Shown here: one piece after another, positions 1-10,900 of the stretch | Layout: every line of letters begins with the position of its first letter | Position numbering within the stretch: the first letter of the stretch is position 1 | DNA from: Anaeromyxobacteraceae bacterium | GTDB lineage: Bacteria > Myxococcota > Myxococcia > Myxococcales > Anaeromyxobacteraceae | Direction: 5' to 3' | NCBI GenBank assembly: GCA_032654565.1 | Contig: JAULAX010000018.1 | Location: 64,001-128,000 of the forward strand | DNA: 64,000 bases | Notes under the pieces: generated by a model | Seen by the model: only the letters and a program-made list of their open reading frames with translations | The model's database searches: none | What the model was told of the DNA's origin: nothing | Position numbers and translations under genes: made by a program

Positions 1-485
1 CGGAGCGCCTCCGGGTCGACCCCCTCGCGGTCGCAGGGGAGGAAGGTGACCCGGGCCCCGAAGAAGCGAAAGGCCTGCAGCGCCCCCACGTAGGCCGGCG
101 TCTCGACCAGGATCTCGTCGCCGGGGTCGAGGAACAGCTTGGCGGCGAGGTCGAGCCCTTGCTGGGAGCCGTGGGTGATGAGGACGCCGGCGGGCTGGAA
201 GGAGCCGGCCGGGAACGGCGCGCGCTCCAGCACGCGCCGGCGGAGCGCCGGCAGCCCCTCGGTCTCGCTGTACTGGAGAGCCTCCCGGATCTCGGGCGCC
301 GCGAAGAGCTCCCCGGCCAGCCGCCCCAGCAGCGCCGTCGGGAAGAGCTCGGGCGCCGGCAGCCCGCCCGCGAAGGAGATGACCCCGGGGCGGTTGGCCA
401 CCTGCAGGAGGTCACGGATGGCCGAGCTCCTCAGGCCCTCGACGCGGCGGGAGAAGGGATAGCTGGGCTCAGGCGCTTCTGGCAT
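1..485 (-). CDS. PLP-dependent aminotransferase (LysN/ARO8-like class I/II), 3' end outside window
   Basis: Manual translation from ATG at 485: MPEAPEPSYPFSRRVEGLRSSAIRDLLQVANRPGVISFAGGLPAPELFP...ITHGSQQGLDLAAKLFLDPGDEILVETPAYVGALQAF; not in the ORF track because it is truncated. Confidence 0.88.
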   Translation of the reverse strand, partial: MPEAPEPSYPFSRRVEGLRSSAIRDLLQVANRPGVISFAGGLPAPELFPTALLGRLAGELFAAPEIREALQYSETEGLPALRRRVLERAPFPAGSFQPAGVLITHGSQQGLDLAAKLFLDPGDEILVETPAYVGALQAFRFFGARVTFLPCDREGVDPEAL

Positions 486-993
486 GGAGGAGACCTCGCA
501 CCGCGGTGACGATGGCCTCGGGTGAGGCCGGGCCGCCGTTGTCGATCTCGAGATCCCAGGCCAGGCGGACCTGGGCCGCCCGCCCGTTGATCGCCTCGAC
601 GTCGGCGTCGGAGACGTCGAGGTGCGCCGCCGGGTCCCGGGTCCGGACCCGCGCGAGGCAGGTCTCCGCCGGCGCCCGGACCGAGACCAGCAGCACGCGG
701 TATCTCACCCGCAGCGCGCCCAGGAAGGGGAAGAAGGCCTCCGACGCTCCGGTCGACTCCAGGACGACCTGGGGGTTCCTGGCCAGGACCCGCGTGACCT
801 CCGCGTAGACCTTGGCGTAGCCCTCGGCGTCGCGGGCCGGGCCCGTGGCCCGGGAGCTGCGCAGGTTCTCCAGGAAGATGGGCTCGGCGCGGAGGAAGGG
901 CAGGCCCAGGCGCTCGCCGATCAGCGAGCCGATGAAGGTCTTGCCGCTCCCCTTGGGCCCGACCAGGAGCAGGACTGTGGAGGCGGCGGCCAT
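469..993 (-). CDS. P-loop kinase (AAA_33/shikimate-kinase-like)
   Basis: Walker A GPKGSGKT at the N-terminus of MAAASTVLLLV...; small NMP-kinase-type fold. Confidence 0.75.
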   Translation of the reverse strand: MAAASTVLLLVGPKGSGKTFIGSLIGERLGLPFLRAEPIFLENLRSSRATGPARDAEGYAKVYAEVTRVLARNPQVVLESTGASEAFFPFLGALRVRYRVLLVSVRAPAETCLARVRTRDPAAHLDVSDADVEAINGRAAQVRLAWDLEIDNGGPASPEAIVTAVRGLLHARSA

Positions 994-1140
994 GGCGGGA
1001 CGATACGGCACCGACCACGGCGCGGCCATCCCAGGCGGCCAGCAGGCGCGCAATGCTGGCTTGCGCCGGCGCGGCTGACTCGGACGCGCCGGAGCAGTAG
1101 GACGGGCCAGCAGCGTCCGCAGCCACCACCCGGAGCCCCG

Positions 1141-1611
1141 ATGACCGCCGCCCAGCCGCACGACCCCGCCTGCCTGTTCTGCCAGATCGCCGCGGGCACC
1201 CGCCCCGCCGAGGTGGTCTACCAGTCTTCGAGCGCGGTGGCCTTCCTCGACCGCTTCCCCACCGCGCGCGGTCACACGCTGGTGGTCCCCAGGCAGCACG
1301 CCCCCTCGCTGCTCCAGCTCGACGAGGGGGCCGCCGGGGCCCTGTTCGGCTCGGTGGTCGAGGTGGTGGAGCGGCTCGACGGCGCCCTGCACCCGGCCGG
1401 CTTCAACATCGGCTGGAACCAGGGGGCGGTGGCGGGGCAGACCGTGTTCCACCTGCACGTCCACGTCCTGCCGCGCTTCGGCGGCGGGGGGCTGGGGGTC
1501 CAGTCGATCGGCGAGGGCCCCTTCCCGGAGCCGCTCGAGCAGATCGCCGAGACCATCCGGAGCGTCCGGCGCCTTCCACCGGCCCGGGCCGGCGCGGGCT
1601 CGCGCGGGTGA
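1141..1611 (+). CDS. HIT family nucleotide hydrolase
   Basis: CLFC, GHTLVVP and the HLHVH histidine triad. Confidence 0.92.
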   Translation: MTAAQPHDPACLFCQIAAGTRPAEVVYQSSSAVAFLDRFPTARGHTLVVPRQHAPSLLQLDEGAAGALFGSVVEVVERLDGALHPAGFNIGWNQGAVAGQTVFHLHVHVLPRFGGGGLGVQSIGEGPFPEPLEQIAETIRSVRRLPPARAGAGSRG

Positions 1612-1632
1612 GGGGCGGCCGCCGCGGGCGCG

Positions 1633-2097
1633 CTAGCGCCTGGCCGGGGCCGGTGCGGCCGAGAGCATGGCCCGGGCGCGCCCGGCCAGCTGCTCTGGCA
1701 GCGGGCAGGAGCGGCGGACCCGGGTGTCGAGGTGCACCCCGGTCAGCACGCTGATGGCGGCGACCTCGCCGGACTCCACCTTGATCATCTCGTGCCGGAA
1801 CCGCAGCACCGCCTCCCGGACCTCCAGGAAGCAGGAGCGGACCAGGACCAGGTCGCCGGCCAGCAGCTCGCGGCGGTAGGTGATGTCCTGCTGGACTGCC
1901 ACCATGCCTCGCCCCTGCTCGCGCAGGTAGGAGGGCGTGAGGCCCACCGCAGCGAAGAGCGCCCAGGTGGCCTCGTCGAACTTGCCCGTGTACCACATGA
2001 CGTTCATGTGGCCCATGTGGTCGCAGTGCCACGGGTAGACGACGCCGCGGTAGGTCTCGATGGGCTCGGCCTGTTCCGGCTCGCTCGGTCCGCTCAT
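1633..2097 (-). CDS. Acyl-CoA thioesterase (4HBT/hotdog fold)
   Basis: CDHMGHMNVMWY motif; start MSGPSEPE. Confidence 0.85.
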   Translation of the reverse strand: MSGPSEPEQAEPIETYRGVVYPWHCDHMGHMNVMWYTGKFDEATWALFAAVGLTPSYLREQGRGMVAVQQDITYRRELLAGDLVLVRSCFLEVREAVLRFRHEMIKVESGEVAAISVLTGVHLDTRVRRSCPLPEQLAGRARAMLSAAPAPARR

Positions 2098-2303
2098 GTG
2101 GGGTGGCTCCGCGCTCCAACTGGTCCCGACCCGTCCCGCCAACTGTAGCCGAAGTGGTGCGGCGGGGCCCTTGCCGGCCTGCAAGGCCAGGTCGCATCCC
2201 TGTCGATGGGCCACGCTTGACAGGTCGCGTCGGGTCGACCAAATGGTCCGGCCATGCCCAGAAGTGAACATGCCCGGAGGACTCCGGGCCGGGGCCCCCG
2301 CCC

Positions 2304-3581
2304 ATGATGGCCGTCCTCCTGGCCGCGCTGCTCGGCGCGGAGGTGGCGCCGGAGGGTGCGCGCCAGCTCGAGCTGGCCGCGGCGCCGGCGCTCGCCTTCC
2401 GTGGCCACCTCGAGTGGCTCAGCGCCGGGCTGGGCGCCGACCTGCGGGAGGGCCCGGTCAACCCTGCCAACCGGGTCCTCGCGCTGCCCCAGCTCACCGC
2501 GATCTCCGAGCTCCGGCCCGAGCTGCGCCTCGAGTACGGCAACCAGCTCACCGCGCTGCTGCGGCCTCGCCTGGCGCTGCAGGTCGAGCGCGCCAGGGTG
2601 GGCGGCGCCTGGGCGGCGGAGCGGTCCTCGGCGTCCGCCGAGTGGATCGAGGCCTACGCCAGCTGGCGGGTCGACGACAGCCTGACGCTCTCCGGCGGCC
2701 GGCAGAGCTTCCAGTGGGGCCCGGCCGAGCTGGTCAGCCCCTCCAACCGGATCTTCCACACCTCCGGCCTCTATCGCGATCCGCTCTACCTGGTGCGCGG
2801 CAAGCAGCTGGCCCGGGTGAACGTCTCGGCGGGCCGCCAGTGGTCGGCGGTGCTGCTGGCCGAGGTCGCGCCCAGCGGCGAGGCGCCCTTCGTGGCCGAC
2901 CAGCCCTTCGAGAGCAAGGCCCAGGTCAAGGTGGAGTACAGCGGGGAGGGCGGAGACCGTTACCTCGGGCTCACCGCGGGCGCCGGCCAGCGGTCGCGAG
3001 CCTGGTTCGGCGAGTACGGCACGGTGCCGCTGGTGGCGGGCCTGACCGCCTACCTGGACGCCCTGCACACGGTGGGGCGCCTGGCCTGGTACCCGGTCGA
3101 GGACGGGGCGGGCGGGGCCACCTTCGCGCAGCGCGGGCTGGAGGGACGCCGCCTGCGGACCATGGTGCTGGGCGGTCTCCGCTATGGCTTCGCGGGCGGG
3201 GCCGACGCCCGCCTCGAGTACCTCTTCGACGAGGCGGGCTGGGACCGAAGCGACCTGACCCTGGCGTCGCGCGCCGCCGCCGCCGACCCGCGCCTGGTGG
3301 GGAGGTACCTGGCGCCTGGGTTCGAGCTGCCAGGGCGGCGGTTCGCCTACCTCTCGGTGCTGCTCCCCGATCTCCCGCCCGGGAAGCGGACCACGGTGCA
3401 GCTGCGCTCCCTGCGTTCCCTGACCGACGGCTCCGGCGCCGCCTTCGCCACGGTGAGCCATGCCGCGACCGACGCGGTGGTCGCCTTCGCGTCGGTGGCG
3501 GCGACCTACGGCAACGGCCTGGGCGCCCTGTCGGCCCTGGCCCGATCCATGGCGACGGCCGGACTGATCGTGAACTGGTGA
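2304..3581 (+). CDS. Secreted/outer-membrane beta-barrel-like protein, first gene of a Lol-like ABC operon
   Basis: Signal peptide, GRQSFQWG motif, amphipathic strands, C-terminal W. Confidence 0.65.
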   Translation: MMAVLLAALLGAEVAPEGARQLELAAAPALAFRGHLEWLSAGLGADLREGPVNPANRVLALPQLTAISELRPELRLEYGNQLTALLRPRLALQVERARVGGAWAAERSSASAEWIEAYASWRVDDSLTLSGGRQSFQWGPAELVSPSNRIFHTSGLYRDPLYLVRGKQLARVNVSAGRQWSAVLLAEVAPSGEAPFVADQPFESKAQVKVEYSGEGGDRYLGLTAGAGQRSRAWFGEYGTVPLVAGLTAYLDALHTVGRLAWYPVEDGAGGATFAQRGLEGRRLRTMVLGGLRYGFAGGADARLEYLFDEAGWDRSDLTLASRAAAADPRLVGRYLAPGFELPGRRFAYLSVLLPDLPPGKRTTVQLRSLRSLTDGSGAAFATVSHAATDAVVAFASVAATYGNGLGALSALARSMATAGLIVNW

Positions 3582-3603
3582 AGGTCCCCAAGGAGGCATC
3601 GAG

Positions 3604-4302
3604 ATGAGCGAGGCGCTGATCCGCATCGAGGCGGTCACCAAGACGTACCAGCTCGGCAAGACCATGGTCCCCGCGCTGCGAGGGGTCTCGCTCGACCTCC
3701 ACCGCGGCGAGTTCACGGCGCTGGTGGGGCCGTCCGGCTCCGGCAAGAGCACGCTCCTCAACCTGGTGGGCGCCATCGACGTGCCGGACACCGGCAAGGT
3801 CTACCTGGAGGGGGTCGACGTCGGGTCGCTGGGCGACGTCGGGCTGAGCCGGCTCCGAAACCGCAAGGTCGGCTTCATCTTCCAGTCCTTCAACCTGGTC
3901 CCGGTGCTCGACGTCCGCGAGAACGTCGAGCTCCCGCTGCTGGTCCACGAGCGGCTGGCGCCCTCCGAGCGCCGGCGCCGCGTCGACCAGGCGCTGGCCG
4001 ACGTCGAGCTCCAGGGCCTGGAGCGGCACCGCCCCGACGAGCTCTCGGGGGGGCAGCGGCAGCGGGTCGCCATCGCCCGCGCCCTGGTCACCACCCCCCT
4101 GCTGGTGCTGGCCGACGAACCGACCGCCAACCTCGACTCGGCCACCGCCAAGCGCATCCTCGACCTGATGGTGGACCTCAACGTCCGCCGCCAGGTGACC
4201 TTCCTCTTCTCGACCCACGACGAGAAGCTGATGGCGCGGGTCGGGCGCCACGTCCAGATCCGCGACGGCCTCATCGTCTCCGGGGAAGGGGCGGCGGCGT
4301 GA
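3604..4302 (+). CDS. ABC transporter ATP-binding protein (LolD/MacB-type)
   Basis: GPSGSGKS, LSGGQRQRVAIARAL, LADEPTANLD. Confidence 0.95.
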   Translation: MSEALIRIEAVTKTYQLGKTMVPALRGVSLDLHRGEFTALVGPSGSGKSTLLNLVGAIDVPDTGKVYLEGVDVGSLGDVGLSRLRNRKVGFIFQSFNLVPVLDVRENVELPLLVHERLAPSERRRRVDQALADVELQGLERHRPDELSGGQRQRVAIARALVTTPLLVLADEPTANLDSATAKRILDLMVDLNVRRQVTFLFSTHDEKLMARVGRHVQIRDGLIVSGEGAAA

Positions 4303-5651
4303 CCGGCGCCTGGAGGCTCGCCTGGCGTGGCCTGGCCCGCAACCGGCGGCGCAACCTCACCACCGGCCTGGCCATCGCGGTCGGCTACGCCGGGCTGGTG
4401 GTGCTGGGCGGCTACGCAAACCGCATCGAGCACCTGATCCGCACCAGCACCGTCTACCTGCAGCACGGCGGCCACCTCGCCATCTACCGCGAGCACGGCC
4501 TGGGGCGGGCCAGCGCCAGGCCGGCCGCCTACGCCCTGGCGCCGGAGGAGCAGCGGGCCATCGCCGCCATCCTGGCCGCCGACCCGCGGGTCGAGTTCTG
4601 GGGGCGGTACCTCCAGGGGAGCGGCCTGGCCGGGAACGGCTGCACCAGCCGCCCCTTCCAGGCCCTCGGCGTGGAGCTGGCCGCGGAGCGCCGCATCCTC
4701 GAGCACGTCCAGGTGAAGCGCTGGGCCCCCGAGCTGGGTCGCCCGCTCGCCGGGCTGGCGCTGCCCGATGTCCAGGGGGTGGAGGGCGCGGTGGCCCTCT
4801 CGGCCGGGCTGGCGGCGGGCCTGCGGAAGCGCCCCTCGGCGGCCGCTCCGGCGGCGCTGGCCCCGCCCCTCGACTGCGGCGCCCCCGACGCCGACGCGCA
4901 GGTCGCCGCCGACTCCGGCCTCCAGCTGGCCGGGCCGACCTTCGACGGCTCGCTCTCGGCGACCGACGCCCAGCTGGTGGCCATCTTCCGGGGAGCCACG
5001 CCGGAGGAGGACCAGTCGTCGCTGGTGGCGGAGCTCGCCACCCTGCAGCGGCTCTACGACACCGACCGGGTCACCTCGGTGGCGGTGTACCTGCGTGACG
5101 CCGCCGACGCGCCAGCGGTGGCCCGGGACCTGGCCGGCCGGCTGGCGGCCGCCGGCCTGCGGACCTCGGTGTATCGCTACGACGATCCGGCGGTGAACCC
5201 CTACTACGTCGGGACGGTGGGGTTCGTCGGCGCCCTGGTCGGCTTCATCGGGCTGCTGGTCGCGGTGGTGGCGACGCTCTCGGTCCTCAACGCCATGACC
5301 CTGGCCGTCATCGAGCGCACCCGCGAGGTCGGGACGCTCCGGTCGATCGGCTTCACGCGGCGGCAGGTGCTGGCGCTGTTCCTCCGCGAGGCCGCGGCGC
5401 TGGCGGCGCTCGGGACCCTGGCGGGCCTGGCGCTGGGGCTGGCGGCCGTGGTCGCGGTGAACCGGGCCAACGTGCGCTTCGCGGCGCCGGGCTTCGCCGA
5501 CCGCATCCAGCTCCTGCTCCAACCCACCGCGACGCAGTGCCTGGCCATCGCCGCGCTGATCCTCCCGCTCACGCTGGTGGCGACCTGGATCGCCGTACGC
5601 CGCAGGCTCAGGACCGGCGTGGCGGAGCTCCTCACCACGTCCACCGCCTAG
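4299..5651 (+). CDS. ABC transporter permease (FtsX/LolC-E type)
   Basis: N-terminal TM, large periplasmic domain, ERTREVGTLRSIG motif, 3 C-terminal TMs. Confidence 0.9.
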   Translation: MTGAWRLAWRGLARNRRRNLTTGLAIAVGYAGLVVLGGYANRIEHLIRTSTVYLQHGGHLAIYREHGLGRASARPAAYALAPEEQRAIAAILAADPRVEFWGRYLQGSGLAGNGCTSRPFQALGVELAAERRILEHVQVKRWAPELGRPLAGLALPDVQGVEGAVALSAGLAAGLRKRPSAAAPAALAPPLDCGAPDADAQVAADSGLQLAGPTFDGSLSATDAQLVAIFRGATPEEDQSSLVAELATLQRLYDTDRVTSVAVYLRDAADAPAVARDLAGRLAAAGLRTSVYRYDDPAVNPYYVGTVGFVGALVGFIGLLVAVVATLSVLNAMTLAVIERTREVGTLRSIGFTRRQVLALFLREAAALAALGTLAGLALGLAAVVAVNRANVRFAAPGFADRIQLLLQPTATQCLAIAALILPLTLVATWIAVRRRLRTGVAELLTTSTA

Positions 5652-5661
5652 GAGGACACCC

Positions 5662-6417
5662 ATGTCACCACTCGTCATCGCCCTGTTCCTGGCCGCCAGC
5701 GCCCCGGCGGCCGCCGTGCCCAGCGCCGCGCCCGCCGGCGCGCCTGGCGCCGCCGCGCTGCTCCGCGACGCCGACCGCGCCCGGGGCGGCCTCGAGCAGG
5801 GCGTGACCTGGACGCTGGAGGTCGAGTCCACCGAGGAGGGGGTGACGCGCCGCCGGACCTTCCTGGTGCGCGCTCGCGGGGTCGATGCCCTCGCCGAGGG
5901 GGTGGCCCCGGCCAGGACCAAGGGGGAGGTCTTCCTGTTCAACGACCGCAGCCTCTGGTTCCTGAAGCCGGGGCAGCGGCGGCCCATCTCGATCTCGGCG
6001 CGCCAGCGGCTCCAGGGCGAGGCCTCCAACGGTGACGTGGCCAGCACCAACTACGCCCGCGACTACCAGGGCCGGGTCGTCGGCGAGGAGCTGGTGGGGG
6101 ACGAGCCTGCCTGGAGGATGGAGCTCCAGGCGCTCCGCCCCGACGTCAGCTACGACCAGATCCGCTACTGGGTCTCCAAGCGGCGCCACCTCGGCCTCAA
6201 GGCCGAGTTCCTCACCGTGAGCGGCGAGTGCTTCAAGACCGCCACCTTCGACTACGCCAACCAGGTGGTGGTGGCCGGCCAGGAGGTTCCGCTGGTGTCC
6301 CGCATGACCATCCGCGACGCCATGGGCGCCGGCAACGTGACTGTGCTCCGCTACCGGGAGCCGCGCGCCGAGCGGCACGCCCCCAGCCTCTTCAACATCA
6401 ACAACGTGGTGAGGTGA
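5662..6417 (+). CDS. Outer-membrane lipoprotein-sorting (LolA-like) protein
   Basis: Signal peptide; RPISISARQRLQGEASNGD and YDQIRYWV motifs typical of the LolA_like family. Confidence 0.8.
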   Translation: MSPLVIALFLAASAPAAAVPSAAPAGAPGAAALLRDADRARGGLEQGVTWTLEVESTEEGVTRRRTFLVRARGVDALAEGVAPARTKGEVFLFNDRSLWFLKPGQRRPISISARQRLQGEASNGDVASTNYARDYQGRVVGEELVGDEPAWRMELQALRPDVSYDQIRYWVSKRRHLGLKAEFLTVSGECFKTATFDYANQVVVAGQEVPLVSRMTIRDAMGAGNVTVLRYREPRAERHAPSLFNINNVVR

Positions 6418-6419
6418 CC

Positions 6420-7739
6420 ATGGCCGCCCCCCTGCTGCGCCTGGCGGCCCGGAGCGTCGGCAAGAACTGGCGCCACAGCGTCGGATCGATCCTGGCCATC
6501 GCCACCGGCTTCGTCGCCATCGGGCTGTTCGACGGTTACCTGCTGCACTTCGAGCGGCAGCTGGTGGAGCTGATGGAGCGCCGCTTCATGATGGGCCACG
6601 TGATCGTCGACGCGGCCGGCGCCAGCGACAAGCTGGCCAGCGCCCCCGCCGACCTTCCCCAGCTGGGCAAGCCGGAGCAGGCCTTCGTCGACGAGTACCT
6701 GGCAGCCCGGGGCGCCGAGGTCGAGGCGAGGGTGCGCTTCCTCTTCGTCTGGGGGCACGCCAGCACGGGGCAGGCGTCGTCGCTCTTCACCGGGTGGGGC
6801 TACGACCCGGACGAGGGTGCGGCGCTGAGGGGCCCATTTGGCTGGGACGCCCTGGCGGGCAAGCCGCTGCACCTGGCCGGGCCGGCCTCGGCCCAGCTGG
6901 GCAAGGGGCTGGGCGCGCTGCTGGACTGCCTCCCGGACTCGGACCTGCCGGCGGCCGGCGCCGACGGGCGCCCCATCCCGGTGGAGCGCCCCTTCACCTG
7001 CCGCCGGCCCAGGGTGCAGCTGATGGGGAGCACCGTCTCGGGCCAGGTGAACGCGGTCGAGCCGGAGGTGGTGGGGCTGGTCGACGGCGGCCGGCGGGAG
7101 ATGGACCTGCGCCACGTGGCCATGCCGCTGGCGCTGGCGCAGCGGCTCCGCAACACCAGCGAGCTCTCCTACTACAGCGTGCGCCTGCGGGATCCGGCGC
7201 GGGCCGCGGCCTTCTCCAGGGAGCTGGCCTCGGCGGCCAGGGCTCGCGGCCTGGCCGTCGAGGCGCGGCCCATGCAGGAGCACGGCATGGGTGCCCCGCT
7301 GGCGCAGGGGCTGCTGCTGCTCGGCTCGTTCCGCAGCCTGATGGCCATGGTGGTGGTCGCCATCGCCGGCATGGCCATCTTCACCACCATGGTGAAGTCG
7401 GTGAGCGAGCGGACCCGGGAGGTCGGGACGCTGCGCAGCATCGGCTTCTTGACGCGCCACATCGTCGGGCTGTTCGGGATCGAGGCGGTGCTGCTCTCGG
7501 GGCTGGCGTCGGGCCTGGGCCTGGCCGCCACCCTGGCCGTGACGGCCGCCGTCAACGGGGCCGGGGTCACCTACAACGCGGGCCTGCTTGCGGAGCCCAT
7601 GCCGCTCGGGATAGCCATCGACCCGTCGAGCCTGGCGAGGACCGCGCTCCTGCTGGGCGGCGTGGCGCTGGCCGCCGCGCTGCTGCCGGCGCGCCGGGCC
7701 TCGCGGCTGCGAATCCAGGACGCGCTGGGGCACGCCTAG
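6420..7739 (+). CDS. Second ABC transporter permease (FtsX/LolC-E type)
   Basis: MAAPLLRLAARSVGKNWRHS start; ERTREVGTLRSIG motif. Confidence 0.9.
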   Translation: MAAPLLRLAARSVGKNWRHSVGSILAIATGFVAIGLFDGYLLHFERQLVELMERRFMMGHVIVDAAGASDKLASAPADLPQLGKPEQAFVDEYLAARGAEVEARVRFLFVWGHASTGQASSLFTGWGYDPDEGAALRGPFGWDALAGKPLHLAGPASAQLGKGLGALLDCLPDSDLPAAGADGRPIPVERPFTCRRPRVQLMGSTVSGQVNAVEPEVVGLVDGGRREMDLRHVAMPLALAQRLRNTSELSYYSVRLRDPARAAAFSRELASAARARGLAVEARPMQEHGMGAPLAQGLLLLGSFRSLMAMVVVAIAGMAIFTTMVKSVSERTREVGTLRSIGFLTRHIVGLFGIEAVLLSGLASGLGLAATLAVTAAVNGAGVTYNAGLLAEPMPLGIAIDPSSLARTALLLGGVALAAALLPARRASRLRIQDALGHA

Positions 7740-7994
7740 CGAGCCGCGCCGGGCGGCGGAGCCGGGATGGCCCCGGCGCTCACCACCCCAACAGAAGGCT
7801 GGCCACCGAGACCAGCGCACCGTCGACCGCCGCCTGGTCCGGCGCCAGCCCGGCTGACCGAGCCGCCCCGGCATCCTGCCGACGCCGGGCGGCCGCGCTC
7901 CGTCCTGCCGCTGCGCCCCGGCGGGGCGGGGGGCGAGGGACCAGGCGACCAGGCGCCGCGGACCGGCGGTGCCGGCCGATGGGGAGCGCCCGCC

Positions 7995-10900
7995 TCACGC
8001 TGCCACCGGGGCCGGCAGCGACGGCTCGGTGGCGTCCGCCGCTGGCGCCTCCTCGGCCTCGAGCTCGGGAGGCAGGAGCTTGTAGAGCACCGGCGTCACC
8101 ACCCGGGTCAGCAGCGTCGAGGAGATCAGCCCACCCAGGATGACCAGCGCCAGCGGCGAGTAGAGGGCCGAGCGCTCCACCGCCAGCGGTACCAGCCCGC
8201 CCACCGCCGTGAGGGTGGTGAGCAGGATGGGGATGAAGCGCTTCTCGCCGGCCTCCTCGATGGCCTGGTCGAGCGACCGCCCGGCCTGGCGCAGCTGGTT
8301 GGTGAAGTCCACCAGCAGGATGGAGTTCTTCACCTCGATGCCCATCAGCGCCACGAAGCCGATCACCGCGGTGAAGGAGAGGGTGTAGCCGGAGAGGAAG
8401 AGCGCCACCATGCCCCCGACGATGCCGAGCGGGATGACCGAGGCCACGATGAGGGTGGAGCGGAAGGTGCGGAACTCCAGCACCAGGATGGCCAGCACCC
8501 CGAGGGCCGCCACGATGATGGCCGCCCCCAGGCCGCCGAAGGACTCCTGCCGGCTCTCGAACTCTCCGGCCGGGACGATGCGGACTCCGGAGGGCCAGGC
8601 CTCGGCCCCGAGCCGGTCCAGCACGGCCTTGGTGATCCGATCGGTGTTGAACCCCTCGCGCACGTCGGCGGTGAGGGTGGTGCTGCGGGTCTTGTCGTAG
8701 TGGTAGATGCGCGCCGGCGAGGGCTCCAGCGCCAGGGAGGCGACCGCGGCCAGCGGCACCGGGCCACCGGCGCCGGCGACGTAGACCCGGTCGAGCACCT
8801 CGAGGCCGGGGCGGGCGCCGCCGGGGAGGGGCGCGCCGCCCTCGCGGGGGAGGGTGAGCCGGATGTCGCGCGCCTCGGCGCCGCTGGCGTCGCGCCAGGT
8901 CCCGGCCACCAGGCCGCCCACCGCCAGCCGGACGGCCCGGTCGACGTCGGGCACGGCCACGCCCAGCAGCGCGGCCCGCTCCCGGTCGATGCGCACCCGC
9001 AGGTCGCTCTTCCGATCGCGCGAGGGGTTGCTCACGTAGCGGGTCCCCTCGACCGAGGCCAGCACCGCCTCGACGCGGGCCGAGGCCGCGGCCAGGGCCG
9101 CCGGGTCGTCGGCGAGGACGCGGATGGCGATCGGGGCGTCGACCGGCGGGCCCTGCTCGAACTCGCGGACCTCGAGGCGGGCCCCGGCGTAGCCGGAGAG
9201 CTCGGTGCGCAGCGCCGCCAGCACCTGGGCAGTCCGGGCCGGGTCCCGGGTGCCGAGCTCCGCCAGCACCTCGGCGTAGCCGGCCTTCTCGTTCTGCGGG
9301 CTGACGTTGTAGTAGACCATCGGGTTGCCCTTGCCGAGGTTGGTGGTGACCTTCACCACCTCGGGGTGGCGGGCCAGGGCGGCCTCGATGGCGCGGGCGG
9401 CCCGGTCGGCCTCGGCCAGGCTCCCGCCCTCGGGCGTCTCGGCGGTGACGCGGAACTGCGGGATGCCGGCCTTGGGGAAGAGGCTGAAGCCGATGGCCGG
9501 GACCAGCGCCAGCGAGCCGGCGAAGAGCAGGGCGGCCAGGCCCAGGGTCACCGCGGGGCGGGCGATGGCCCGGTGGAGCACCGGCCGGTAGGTCGCCTGG
9601 ATGCCGCGCTCCAGCCAGCGGAAGAAGACGTTGCCGTGCTCGCCCTGGCTGCGCAGGAAGCGCGAGGCCAGGAACGGCACCACCGTGAGCGAGACCAGCA
9701 GCGAGGCCAGGATGGTGAAGACCACCGCCACCGGCATGGAGCGGATGAAGGAGCCGGCCCCGCCGGGGAGCGCCAGCAGCGGCACGAAGGCGAAGACCAG
9801 CGTGGCGGTGCACCCCAGCACCGACATGGTGATCTGGCGGGTTGCCTCGACCGCGGCCTGGCGCGGCGAGTGCCCCTCGCGGAGGAAGCGGGTGATGTTC
9901 TCGACCACCACCACCGAGTCGTCGACCAGCAGGCCGAGGGCGATGACGAAGCCGACGATGGAGAGCTGGTTGATGGTGAAGCCGAAGAGGTGGAGCAGGG
10001 CCAGCCCCACCGCCAGCGACAGGGGGATGGAGATCATCACCACGCCGGAGGCGCGCAGGCCGAGCGGCAGCAGCGTCAGCAGCACCAGCAGGATGGCGAT
10101 GCCGAAGTCGCGGGCGAAGCCGGAGAGCCGGTGCTCGACGTTGACGGCCTGGTCGAAGGAGGTGACCAGCGAGACCCCGGGCGGGAGCGACGGGCGGAAG
10201 GCCTCGGCGGCCTGGCCCAGCCCCTGGCGGACCTCGAAGAGGTTCTGCTTCTCCTTCATGGTGGCGGCCACCAGCACCGCCCGCCTCCCGTCGAGGCGGA
10301 CCAGGTGGGTGGCCTCGGCGTCGCGCTGGGCCACCTCGGCCAGGTCGCGGACCCTCACGGCGCGGCCGCCCACCATCCGCACCACGGTGTCGGCGATCTC
10401 CTCGACGGAGCCGTAGTCCCCGCTGGTCTTGACGCTGAGCTGCCTGGCGCCGGCCTCGACGGCGCCGGCCGGGATGGCCTGGGCGTCGGCGCCGATGGCC
10501 TGGAGCACCTCGAGGGGCGAGATCCCCAGCGCCACCAGCCGCTCCGGCAGCAGGGCGACCTGCACCTCCTGGCCGGGCAGGCCGCCCAGCTCGACCTTGC
10601 CGACGCCGGGCACCGCCTCGAGCCGGGCCTTGAGGTCGCGGGCCAGCCGGTCCAGCTCGCGGGAGGGGGCGGTGTCGGTGACCAGCGCCAGCTGCAGGAT
10701 GTTGACGTTGGCGGAGTTGGAGGCGATCACCTGCAGCCGCGCCAGGCCGGCCGGGAGCCGGGGCCGGAGCGCGGTGGTCTCGCGGATCACCTCGTCGCGC
10801 TTGCGGGCCGCGTCCACGCCGAACTGGAAGTCGACCAGGATGACGGCCAGGCCGTCCTCGATGGTGGTCTTGAGCGACTTGAGATCCTCCAGCCCCTTGA

